A DNA stretch of 64,000 nucleotides from a virus (taxonomy: Duplodnaviria > Caudoviricetes). Both the position numbers and the translations under genes were made by a program. Under the pieces are notes generated by a model. The model was not told where the DNA came from, did no database searches, and saw nothing but the letters and a program-made list of their open reading frames with translations. Each line of letters starts with the position of its first letter. Position 1 is the first letter of the stretch. Positions 1 to 8,672 of the stretch are shown here, one piece after another. The stretch is taken from positions 1-64,000 of IMG/VR virus record IMGVR_UViG_3300021255_000062; one strand, written 5' to 3'.

Positions 1-159
1 TCCACATGGATCTAGTGGCAACCATTTTAAGACTTTATTTCTGAGTTCTTTCCCATCTATCAGTCTCGCGCCGTCTGGAATCTGTACCGCTTTACCAACT
101 ACAATCTTTCTGCTGACATCAAAAACTTTGCCGTCATCACTAATATAATATCCATTCAT
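1..159 (-). CDS. hypothetical phage protein (partial, runs off window start)
   Basis: ATG at 159, open to position 1 (MNGYIISDDGK...ARLIDGKELR); RLID motif common in small Clostridial phage proteins; not in ORF track. Confidence 0.5.
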   Translation of the reverse strand, partial: MNGYYISDDGKVFDVSRKIVVGKAVQIPDGARLIDGKELRNKVLKWLPLDPCG

Positions 160-209
160 ATAATGTTTTTTCGGAATATCAATTCCTTGTATGATTACTG
201 CCATCCTGT

Positions 210-464
210 TTACCTCCTCATCTTGAATCCACAGTTAGGACAAAAATTAAAATCTGAAGCATCGCTCCAAAATGTCCTATATCCACACTCGGAGCATACC
301 GCCGTGTATTCAACGCCACCACAATCTTGTTTAATCCATTCGCCTTCTTTTTGCTTCATCAAACATCTCTTTATAATTTCCGCAGTAGAAGCATTACAAT
401 AAATATCATGTCCATCTTGTCGAATAGCAATATTCAGCTCTTCAATAAAATCAGATAATGTCAT
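210..464 (-). CDS. small zinc-ribbon protein
   Basis: GEWI...CSECG...CPNCG motif; GAGG RBS upstream. Confidence 0.7.
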   Translation of the reverse strand: MTLSDFIEELNIAIRQDGHDIYCNASTAEIIKRCLMKQKEGEWIKQDCGGVEYTAVCSECGYRTFWSDASDFNFCPNCGFKMRR

Positions 465-539
465 CCTTCTTTACCTCTCTGATTATTTATTAATTCAAAC
501 ATTGCATAGCTTAAGCATAAACCGCAATTATTTGGAACT

Positions 540-842
540 TCAAATTTCATTCTGTCTCCTTTCCCCGTTTGGGCAAAACCATTCATACCCGTGATATTCT
601 GGCGATGTATTTGTGTTCATCCAACACTCAATATTTCCACAGGCTTCCCTTCCCCAATGGCAGTCCTTACACCGCACCAACTCGGGTTGTACAGAGGGCA
701 ACATCTCTAACGCTTTTTCGATTTCTATATATGGTTTGTATTTTTTCTCCCACCGTTTTCTATTTATTCGTATGATTGGTGCGCTCGGATATAAACTGCG
801 GATAAGTTCAATCGCATCCTGCCGATAAATCAAATCATTCAT
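540..842 (-). CDS. hypothetical phage protein (DLIxRQDAI / VRCKDC family)
   Basis: ATGA overlap with upstream ORF; Cys-rich C-terminus. Confidence 0.7.
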   Translation of the reverse strand: MNDLIYRQDAIELIRSLYPSAPIIRINRKRWEKKYKPYIEIEKALEMLPSVQPELVRCKDCHWGREACGNIECWMNTNTSPEYHGYEWFCPNGERRQNEI

Positions 843-1054
843 TCATCCAATTCTCCCTTCAACATTTCAATACATTCCAGGATGTCATCCATTGTTAAAC
901 ATGGCTCAAATAACTCCAAAATATCTTTAATAGTTCTTATATGTTTCTTTGGCTTAGACGACGGAAGCTCTAATAATATTTTATTGACTTGTCTCCCAGT
1001 AAAAATCTTTTCTGTGCCGTCTATCTCGCTTCTACTTGCTTCATCAAGTATCAT
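839..1054 (-). CDS. hypothetical protein
   Basis: GGAGA RBS before ATG at 1054 (shorter than ORF track call). Confidence 0.55.
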   Translation of the reverse strand: MILDEASRSEIDGTEKIFTGRQVNKILLELPSSKPKKHIRTIKDILELFEPCLTMDDILECIEMLKGELDE

Positions 1055-1076
1055 GCAATATCTCCATAATATAATC

Positions 1077-1565
1077 TTAACCAATCTTATGGTAAAAATA
1101 AATTGGCTCACCTATATATTCAAAGTCATCATAGATCCAATTATATTCTTCACAGGTTGTTACTTGCGTATATCCACACTTTTCTTTCCACACGCCATCT
1201 CTAAAAACCTTAAAATGAAAGTCATAATCTGGACCATCATCATCATCATAAGTACAATATGTATTCAGAGCAATCAACTCTGTTCCAGCTTTTAATACCT
1301 CTCTGTCTCTACAAATTTCTAACTCTCCTTCAAATTCTTTTAAAAGATACTCAGTTAAAACGTCTCCATAAAGACAAGAAATTTCAAAGTCAGAAAATCC
1401 CTCTTCCCACTTTTCCTCTATCCATTCGGAAACTACTAAACCAGTAATCTTAGCAAACGCATAAAATGGATCGAACCACTCCTTTAAACGGAGCGCATAA
1501 CTTCCGCAATTAGTGGCTTTAGGAAAATCCAAATAATAATTAAGGTCTGAATTATGAGTATACAT
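1077..1565 (-). CDS. hypothetical protein, possible Cys-His (papain-like) hydrolase
   Basis: AAAGGAG RBS; NCGSYAL...DFHF...WKEKCG pattern. Confidence 0.6.
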   Translation of the reverse strand: MYTHNSDLNYYLDFPKATNCGSYALRLKEWFDPFYAFAKITGLVVSEWIEEKWEEGFSDFEISCLYGDVLTEYLLKEFEGELEICRDREVLKAGTELIALNTYCTYDDDDGPDYDFHFKVFRDGVWKEKCGYTQVTTCEEYNWIYDDFEYIGEPIYFYHKIG

Positions 1566-1591
1566 ACTTTCTCCTTTCTTTTTCTGTTATA

Positions 1592-1620
1592 ATTATATAA
1601 AAATTTTCTAAAAAAATCAA
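1592..1620 (-). promoter_or_regulatory. sigmaA-type promoter
   Basis: TTGATT-17-TATAAT on minus strand upstream of gene starting at 1565. Confidence 0.7.
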
Positions 1621-1752
1621 TTTCTTTTTTAATTTGTGCTGTACGTTGATTGCGCCGGCGCCATCGAAGTAAGAAAAAAGGAAAATCTACATTATTTTAA
1701 CGCATGCGCGTATGTGTATGATTTTACTATATTTTTCTTATAAAATCAAATT

Positions 1753-1781
1753 TTGAATTTTTTCTTAAAATTTGTTATAAT
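1753..1781 (+). promoter_or_regulatory. sigmaA-type promoter (extended -10)
   Basis: TTGAAT-17-TATAAT with TG; divergent from 1592-1620. Confidence 0.75.
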
Positions 1782-1812
1782 ATTAATAAGAAAAGAAAAG
1801 GAGAGTTATAAA

Positions 1813-2208
1813 ATGGATAACAAGTATGTATTATACGATTCCGTTGTATCAACTATTATGACTAATGTTATGGTTGAGCACACACGATGTGGGAAATTTC
1901 TTTTATATGATTTTAAACCAGAATTAGACATGGATAAGCTTTATTTTAATGTAGCTGCTATTGCGGCCGATATGATGAGAGAAAAGCTTTATCTTCATAT
2001 GTCTTTTTTAAATTATATTAAATTTCGTATAAAATTTTGGAAAAAGCGAACAAATTTAAAATGGTTCTCACCCTGGTCTGAAAAGAAACTCGACAATGAA
2101 TACAAAACAAGCGTTGGTGTATTAATGTCCTTTATTGAAGAACAGTTAAAACTTTCTAAAGGACTGTTTAAAGAAATTAATGATGCATACTATGGATGGG
2201 TAGATTAA
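1813..2208 (+). CDS. hypothetical protein
   Basis: AAAAGGAG RBS before ATG 1813. Confidence 0.7.
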   Translation: MDNKYVLYDSVVSTIMTNVMVEHTRCGKFLLYDFKPELDMDKLYFNVAAIAADMMREKLYLHMSFLNYIKFRIKFWKKRTNLKWFSPWSEKKLDNEYKTSVGVLMSFIEEQLKLSKGLFKEINDAYYGWVD

Positions 2209-2741
2209 TGAAGATAATTTGCATTAATGGACAAGGCGGGGTTGGTAAAGATACTTTCGTAGATTACTGCGGCAGCCAAAAGAATGGAATTTTTAACATC
2301 TCAATGGTGGACGGAATTAAAAAAGTAGCCTCATTAATAGGCTGGACTGGTTCTAAAGAGCCTAAAGATAGGAAGTTTCTTAGTGACTTGAAAGACCTAA
2401 TCGCAGAATATAATGATTATCCCTTCCAAGATGTTTTAAACGAAATTAACTTAGCTGAATGGTATCATTGGGCGGAAAAACTGACCGATGAATTAATTTG
2501 TTTTGTCCATGCAAGGGAACCAGAAGATATACAACGGTGGAAAGACGAATATGGCGCCCGAGCGCTATTAATTAGAAGAGAAGAGGTAGAAAAAACCTAT
2601 GGAAATCACTCTGATGATCAGGTTTTTGACATTGACTATGATTATGTTATTAATAATGATGGAAAACTAGAGGATCTTAAAGACAAAGCTAACTCTTTTA
2701 TTACAGATGTTAGAAAGGAGAAATGGAGTTCAAATATATGA
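2208..2741 (+). CDS. P-loop deoxynucleoside monophosphate kinase-like protein
   Basis: N-terminal NGQGGVGKDT Walker A; DYDYVINNDG C-terminal motif; TAATG coupling. Confidence 0.75.
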   Translation: MKIICINGQGGVGKDTFVDYCGSQKNGIFNISMVDGIKKVASLIGWTGSKEPKDRKFLSDLKDLIAEYNDYPFQDVLNEINLAEWYHWAEKLTDELICFVHAREPEDIQRWKDEYGARALLIRREEVEKTYGNHSDDQVFDIDYDYVINNDGKLEDLKDKANSFITDVRKEKWSSNI

Positions 2742-3877
2742 AAGTAATTATTGAAGGAATAAATTTTTATGAATTAGAAGCGATGAAATATTACAGCCCC
2801 TCAACCTCATGGAGCGCAGAAAAAAAGAAACAAAATGCCGAGCAAAAAATCTTTAGCGGCGATTGGCTAGGGAGTATGAAAAAGGACGGAACTTTTTGTA
2901 TGTGTGGGCGTAGTTTAGAAGGAGAAATTTTTCTTCGACCGCGCGCCCGCAACGTAAAAAAAGAGTTTGTTAATAAGGTTGATTGGGTTCCGCAATTTCA
3001 CAACTTCCTCAACTCAATTAACCCCGGAACAGTATTTCTTGGAGAAGTCTATCTCCCAAACAACGAGCAGGCAAAAGCAACTACATCTATTTTAAATTGC
3101 CTTCTTCCGAAATCTTTAAAACGTCAAGAAAAAGAAGAAAACAGACTTTATCTTTATATTTTTGACGTTTTGGCAGAAAATGGAAAGTCTTATTTGAATA
3201 AAAGGGCAGAAGAAAGATTCAATCTATTGGATGGTTTTAGCAAGGCCTATTCAGATGAATATGTATCCTGGGCAAAGTATTATGAGGGTAAAGAGCTTTG
3301 GAATAAACTTCAAGAATATCTTGCCGAGGGTCGTGAAGGTATGGTAATTACTCATAAAGATTCTCCCTATGATCCCGGGAAACGTAGTGCAAAAAGAACT
3401 CTTAAAATTAAAAAAGAACTTCAAGAAACTATTGATTGCGTAATTATGGGAGCGAATGGTCCCTCTCGCGAATATAATGGGAAGGAAATTGAGTCTTGGC
3501 CTTATTGGTTTGACGAGTCAACTAATCAATTTATTACATCCAAAGACTATCTTGATACTTATCATACTAATGTTTATGCTGCTTACGTCGATGGCGCGCC
3601 AGTGAGGCCAGTAACTAAAAACTGGTTCTATGGCTGGGCTGGCTCACTTAAACTTGGATTGTACGATGGAGATAAGTTAGTTCATGTGGGTGATTTAAGC
3701 GGCGTGACTGATGAAATGAAAGAAAATTGGAAAGACTATATAGGTACTGTTGTTGAGATTAGTTGTATGGAAATTACCGAAAACCAGCAAGGCGGAAAGG
3801 GTTTTCGTCACCCCAAACTCATTAATATTCGAAAAGATAAAGAGGCTAAAGACTGTACTATTGATCAAATTTTATAG
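2738..3877 (+). CDS. ATP-dependent DNA ligase
   Basis: KKDG motif I, LGEVY, FDVL, EGMVI, KIKK, OB-fold RHP...IRKDK; ATGA overlap start. Confidence 0.85.
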   Translation: MKVIIEGINFYELEAMKYYSPSTSWSAEKKKQNAEQKIFSGDWLGSMKKDGTFCMCGRSLEGEIFLRPRARNVKKEFVNKVDWVPQFHNFLNSINPGTVFLGEVYLPNNEQAKATTSILNCLLPKSLKRQEKEENRLYLYIFDVLAENGKSYLNKRAEERFNLLDGFSKAYSDEYVSWAKYYEGKELWNKLQEYLAEGREGMVITHKDSPYDPGKRSAKRTLKIKKELQETIDCVIMGANGPSREYNGKEIESWPYWFDESTNQFITSKDYLDTYHTNVYAAYVDGAPVRPVTKNWFYGWAGSLKLGLYDGDKLVHVGDLSGVTDEMKENWKDYIGTVVEISCMEITENQQGGKGFRHPKLINIRKDKEAKDCTIDQIL

Positions 3878-3890
3878 AAAGGAGAACACT

Positions 3891-4430
3891 ATGGAAGTCA
3901 TCAAAAATAATTGTAGTCAAACACAAATGTTTGAAGTAACTTGTCCTCATTGTGGTTCTATATTAAGGTGTACACTAGAGGAAAAAGAAAATAGTTCTTG
4001 TCCAGTCTGCGGCCGCTCGCTAAGTCATACAGAAGATTCAACAAATACACATTCACCTAAAGAATTACATTGTGACAAATGTAATCATAATTTTTTTGTT
4101 ACTGATTACGAAGGTATAGGTATGTATGGTGGATACTATTCTTACTGCCCTGAGTGTTGTGCTATTGTCTATGCCGATGATGGGATAGAAGTAACCACAG
4201 AAAATCTTGCGCTGGAATATTTCTCTCCTTTAGGTGAAGACGTAAAAAAAATCAGTTTCCCCGAAATTAAAAAATGGATTAAAACGGGGGTAGATTATCT
4301 TAAGAGCCATCCAGGTGAATACATGTGGTATATATGTAGCGGTGATAGTTTTGTTCTTGTAAGTAGAGACGATAATGAATTTTATGTAATGTGGACAAAT
4401 AATTATAGAGATGTGTGGGTAACTAAATAG
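3891..4430 (+). CDS. multi zinc-ribbon hypothetical protein
   Basis: AAAGGAG RBS at ATG 3891; CPHC, CPVC, CDKC, CPEC. Confidence 0.7.
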   Translation: MEVIKNNCSQTQMFEVTCPHCGSILRCTLEEKENSSCPVCGRSLSHTEDSTNTHSPKELHCDKCNHNFFVTDYEGIGMYGGYYSYCPECCAIVYADDGIEVTTENLALEYFSPLGEDVKKISFPEIKKWIKTGVDYLKSHPGEYMWYICSGDSFVLVSRDDNEFYVMWTNNYRDVWVTK

Positions 4431-4446
4431 AAATAATGCAAATAAT

Positions 4447-4470
4447 AAGGCGAGGTCTTTCCTCGCCTTA
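4447..4470. terminator. bidirectional intrinsic terminator between convergent units
   Basis: AAGGCGAGG-TCTTT-CCTCGCCTT hairpin. Confidence 0.75.
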
Positions 4471-4487
4471 AATTTTTATTGGGCTAT

Positions 4488-4715
4488 TTACTTAAATTTA
4501 TAAGACAGGATGTGCTTATCATTCCTGTCATAATTAACGTGTAATTCACGTATCTCATCTTGTAATAATAAGTCTTCTAATACTTCAACAATATAGTAAT
4601 CACTCTTATTATATTTATTCTTAAGTTGTATCATATCCCAATTACCAGACATTATATAGCCCTTTTGAGGGGCTAGTTTGGCCATACGGGTTAATTCAGT
4701 TCGCAAGTCTTCCAT
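4488..4715 (-). CDS. hypothetical protein
   Basis: GAGGTG RBS. Confidence 0.6.
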   Translation of the reverse strand: MEDLRTELTRMAKLAPQKGYIMSGNWDMIQLKNKYNKSDYYIVEVLEDLLLQDEIRELHVNYDRNDKHILSYKFK

Positions 4716-4749
4716 TATAACACCTCAAATATAGCTATGCTAGTTAATA

Positions 4750-5160
4750 TTATTCATTATTGGTTATTTCTGTCCATCCATATACGCCAGGTTCCCAAAC
4801 ATTATTATCAACATCTGACTCCCAAGTCTTTTCATTATGTTTAACCTTATCACCCTTCATATACGGATTCGTGCTGTCAGGCTGTTCCCACTCTGGGATA
4901 ACGTCGGGGTCTGGAATCAGCACTTTCGTCCACAGCGATGGCGCCGCATCAGGCGTCCAAGTAGCCTGTGATGTGTGTGCTTGTAAACATTTATATAAAG
5001 TTCCTTCGTAAGAGACCCTATCATCAACTTTATATTCTTTGTCGGTTTTCCACTTGGGGAAAAGTTCAACTGCTTCAAGTGCGGTTTCGTCATCAAGATT
5101 TACAGATAGTTGTTCAATCAATGCTCGTAACTGTCTTGCTCTATCTAAAATATTACTCAT
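4750..5160 (-). CDS. carbohydrate-binding (CBM5/12, ChtBD3-like) tail-associated protein
   Basis: WKTDKEYKVDDRVSYEGTLYKCLQAHTSQ...W and second YMKGDKVKHNEKTW...WEPG repeat. Confidence 0.8.
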   Translation of the reverse strand: MSNILDRARQLRALIEQLSVNLDDETALEAVELFPKWKTDKEYKVDDRVSYEGTLYKCLQAHTSQATWTPDAAPSLWTKVLIPDPDVIPEWEQPDSTNPYMKGDKVKHNEKTWESDVDNNVWEPGVYGWTEITNNE

Positions 5161-5381
5161 TCTTCCACCCCCATAAGAATTTTATATGCGTTTAGATATT
5201 CATTTCTCATTTCTTCTGTTTCTATAATCTCACCTTCGGTGTAAACTCTGTCGGAATCGGCGGGAGCATAGGCATGTTCGAAAATATCTCCGTTGTAAAC
5301 CACATAGCGGTTATCATCAGAATAAATATGTAAAATTTCCCTGTTATCACTTAATATGATTTTTTCTCTTATAATACCCAT
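5157..5381 (-). CDS. small tail-fibre-associated protein (paralogue of 5395-5622)
   Basis: YS..RYVV..G....AY.P....R.YTEG shared with neighbour; C-terminal AYxILMG. Confidence 0.7.
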   Translation of the reverse strand: MGIIREKIILSDNREILHIYSDDNRYVVYNGDIFEHAYAPADSDRVYTEGEIIETEEMRNEYLNAYKILMGVEE

Positions 5382-5394
5382 TTAGTACCTCCCG

Positions 5395-5622
5395 TTATTC
5401 CTTTTCACCAATCAAAATTTCATATGCTTCTGCATACTTAGATTCGATGTCTTCGCTTTCTTCTGGGATTAAGTCGCCTTCCGTATATGTTCTCCCAAAT
5501 TGAGATGGGTCATATGCTTCTGCATAGGCGATACCGTCACGAACAACATAGCGCCCAGAATTGGAATATGTGCGCGTAAAATCTCTGTCACCTATATGAA
5601 GTGTTTTTGTAACAATCGCCAT
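5395..5622 (-). CDS. small tail-fibre-associated protein
   Basis: paralogue of 5157-5381; C-terminal AYEILIG. Confidence 0.7.
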   Translation of the reverse strand: MAIVTKTLHIGDRDFTRTYSNSGRYVVRDGIAYAEAYDPSQFGRTYTEGDLIPEESEDIESKYAEAYEILIGEKE

Positions 5623-5639
5623 TTAATATCACCTTCCCG

Positions 5640-5879
5640 CTATTCCTTTAATCCCATTAGTATATCGTATGCATCAAGGCGTTCTTCATCGGTTGGTTGA
5701 GTATCTTCTTGCAATTTAACAAGTTCCCATGTCATTTCTGGATAACGAAGTTTATAAATATATCCTTCAGGGTCTTGTGGTTTGTTTCTGAAAAATGTAA
5801 GAAACTCAAAGTATTCTAAATCATTTTCTCCTTCTTTTTGAACATAGACTATATAATTATCTTTTTTATTTATTATCAT
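5640..5879 (-). CDS. small tail-fibre-associated protein
   Basis: C-terminal AYDILMG motif; GAGGTGA RBS. Confidence 0.65.
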   Translation of the reverse strand: MIINKKDNYIVYVQKEGENDLEYFEFLTFFRNKPQDPEGYIYKLRYPEMTWELVKLQEDTQPTDEERLDAYDILMGLKE

Positions 5880-5883
5880 ATAA

Positions 5884-6819
5884 TCACCTCAATGCAAGTT
5901 TATACTCGCCCGCTAAGAGTTTGGTGTCATTTCTTGTGCCACCTCTGAATGTAGCGGTCGTACTGGTTGGCTCCGATTGGGTAAAGTTATAATCAGTAAC
6001 CGTAAAGCCCCCTAACAATGATGTTAAATTTTTTGCAGTTGGATACCAAATTAGCGTAGTATCATTGGGGCTATAGCCAGTTTTTACCATAATTGTTCTA
6101 TTTCCCATGTTGTCTTTTGCCCAAAAACCATTTGTCACCCATCCAATTTGATACCCGCCACCATTGCGTACAATATTTTTTGGATACAACAATGCTTCAA
6201 CAGGAACTTTTCCCAACGAGTGATTAATGGTAAAGTTTTCGGTCTGGTCACTCGTGAAAGTAAGTTCCATGACTTCCATATCATTTTCTTCGGCATACTG
6301 ATCAAAAAGAGTAACAAGGTTGCCTGAGTTAATATCATAACCACTGCTATAACTTCCCACTTCCACAACATTAGCCTCATATATTTCATAATTCGCCACT
6401 ACAGAACTAGCTCCCGACATTCTAATGTAAGACGTATTTGAAGTCGTTTTTATCAGTACAACTGGGTCGGTTGTTGTTGATTGCGGTACCACAATACCAC
6501 CTTTTGCAACGGTCTTATCTGATTTATAGAAAGCGTTATAGTTATTTCCCGGGGTATTTGCCACTTTATAATATGTATCTGGCTTCACAGGTATATATCC
6601 AGTTGATGTCCATCCATTATAAGAAGTTTCTGTTGAACCATTGATATATGTATTTGCCACATCCTCCGAAGAATCGTGTAAATTTTCAGATAAAACAATA
6701 ATTTCAACGTCTTCATCAATGCTTTTTTGAAACAACAGATTTAGTCCATCCGTATCTTTTACCTGGATCCCAGTAACCCCACTATAAGTTTTTCCAAAAA
6801 CTTTTAAATCCTCGCTCAT
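5884..6819 (-). CDS. putative tail fibre/receptor-binding protein
   Basis: TGYIPVKPDTYY...AFY...YIRMS beta-sandwich motif typical of phage fibre proteins; INHSLGKVP motif. Confidence 0.6.
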   Translation of the reverse strand: MSEDLKVFGKTYSGVTGIQVKDTDGLNLLFQKSIDEDVEIIVLSENLHDSSEDVANTYINGSTETSYNGWTSTGYIPVKPDTYYKVANTPGNNYNAFYKSDKTVAKGGIVVPQSTTTDPVVLIKTTSNTSYIRMSGASSVVANYEIYEANVVEVGSYSSGYDINSGNLVTLFDQYAEENDMEVMELTFTSDQTENFTINHSLGKVPVEALLYPKNIVRNGGGYQIGWVTNGFWAKDNMGNRTIMVKTGYSPNDTTLIWYPTAKNLTSLLGGFTVTDYNFTQSEPTSTTATFRGGTRNDTKLLAGEYKLALR

Positions 6820-7052
6820 AACAATTCACCCATAAGAATTTTTCCCACATCTGCATATTCATCTTTAGATGTAGTATCAGCAGTTGTCTGTTCACCCATT
6901 TCTTCAGGAACATCAGAGTCGGGAATTTCCTGCCAGTTCTCTACACTATCAAGAGAGCTAAGATACACCTTTTTACTATATGTTTCTCCGTTTGTTAATG
7001 TCATCCCATCTGAAGCTTCGATGACTTGTATATTAATGCTTGTTTGTATCAT
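6816..7052 (-). CDS. small tail-fibre-associated protein
   Basis: ASDGMTLTNGETY...WQEI motif; C-terminal KILMG; ATGA overlap start at 7052. Confidence 0.65.
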   Translation of the reverse strand: MIQTSINIQVIEASDGMTLTNGETYSKKVYLSSLDSVENWQEIPDSDVPEEMGEQTTADTTSKDEYADVGKILMGELL

Positions 7053-8659
7053 GCGACCGTCCACCCCTTTTCTGTTGCTATTGCTATTTGTTCAGCAGTG
7101 AGTTTGTTTTTATTTGTAGTTCCAAGTGTTATTGTTTTTGCAGATCCTACGGTTGGAAGATTAGTAAGGACTTCTACGAGATTTTCTGCGGGCATAAGAG
7201 TTGATTGAGGGAGTTTAAAAGATTGATAATATACAAAACCCTTGAGTTCAACGAGTGAATAGCAGTTACTAAACATATCTGTATTTGTATTTGTAACCGC
7301 ACTAAAGTCGCATCCCGTAAAATCAGCAGATTGTAAAGAGCAACAATTATTGGCAAAATTCGCCATTATGGTTACTGCACTAGTATCTTTTCCACGTAAA
7401 TCAATTCTTTTTAACATATAGTTATTTAGGAATTCTGAATTCATATTACTTGTTGATGTTATAATGCTGGGCGATGTCGTATCAATATTTAACGAATTGC
7501 AACCATTAAAAGTGTATGAAGCTAACCGTATTATGCTTCCATTAAAATCTATGTCTTTTAAACAATGGCAGTCTCTAAACATATCCGATTGATTTTCTGT
7601 ACCAATTAAACCACTTGGGAGAATTACTTTTTTAAAAGCTGACCCTCTAAATAAATATGATATTATAGGAGTTTGTGATAATATCCAATTTCCTAGGTTT
7701 AAATCTTTTATTTTTCCTAAATTTGAAAAAGTGTATGTTAAATTTTGCACATTAATTACATCAAAATTTTCAATTCCTTCTAAAGATGTAAGAGAAAAAC
7801 AATCTGCAAACATATATTCCATATTTACTACAGCGCTAGTATCCCAAGTTTCCATTCCATCTATTTTTTCAAGCATATAACAATACCTAAACATACATGT
7901 CAATTTTGTCAATGAGGTCATATCAAGTAAATATACGTGCTTCAAATTATAGTTTTGAAATCTACCCTCATAATCGGCATTTGTATAGTATGGCAATCTA
8001 CCATACAACTCTACACATGGCTGATATTGTATATTGCTTCCCGGAGAATTTAAACTGGCACCGCTATACTTTTCAGCATATTGAGAGTTATTTAAATATG
8101 AAAAGCTTACATTCAAAAGATGCCCCGTTGTTGGCGTGATTCTCACCACATAATATCGTTCATTTAAAGTAATACCATCCCAAATAGGTAGAAAACCGCC
8201 AGTTCGGTTGCCACCATTTACGCTATATGTTTCATCTACAGTAAAGACACCACTTTCATCAACATATCCACAATCCACTGTGAATTGTCCTGTGTCGGTT
8301 CTTCCATATAACGCCCACCACTGTGGATACTCCAAATCACTGGTATTATCAATCAAATCATAAACAAAATAACATCCGTCAAAATCATCATCGTCCCAAC
8401 CATCCGCATACGGCATCCAGTTAAGCGGGCGCTTCCATTCACCAACTTCTGTTGATTCTGAGTCAAGGATAAGAACGCCATTCTCATCTTGATAAATATT
8501 GGGAACGCCACCAGAATTCGTAGCAGTGCCAATAATTTGAACACCAGAAGAGTCATGTGCTGTATATCCTTGCATAAGATGTTCTGCGTCTACTGTATCG
8601 GAGGATATATCTATAAGCGTTTTTCCATTTACCGTAATTTTATTATATATTGTATCCAT
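7049..8659 (-). CDS. BspA/DUF285-type leucine-rich-repeat receptor-binding protein
   Basis: repeats WDTSAVVNMEYMFADCFSLTSL; C-terminal LTAEQIAIATEKGWTV. Confidence 0.75.
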   Translation of the reverse strand: MDTIYNKITVNGKTLIDISSDTVDAEHLMQGYTAHDSSGVQIIGTATNSGGVPNIYQDENGVLILDSESTEVGEWKRPLNWMPYADGWDDDDFDGCYFVYDLIDNTSDLEYPQWWALYGRTDTGQFTVDCGYVDESGVFTVDETYSVNGGNRTGGFLPIWDGITLNERYYVVRITPTTGHLLNVSFSYLNNSQYAEKYSGASLNSPGSNIQYQPCVELYGRLPYYTNADYEGRFQNYNLKHVYLLDMTSLTKLTCMFRYCYMLEKIDGMETWDTSAVVNMEYMFADCFSLTSLEGIENFDVINVQNLTYTFSNLGKIKDLNLGNWILSQTPIISYLFRGSAFKKVILPSGLIGTENQSDMFRDCHCLKDIDFNGSIIRLASYTFNGCNSLNIDTTSPSIITSTSNMNSEFLNNYMLKRIDLRGKDTSAVTIMANFANNCCSLQSADFTGCDFSAVTNTNTDMFSNCYSLVELKGFVYYQSFKLPQSTLMPAENLVEVLTNLPTVGSAKTITLGTTNKNKLTAEQIAIATEKGWTVA

Positions 8660-8672
8660 AATATCCTCCTTC

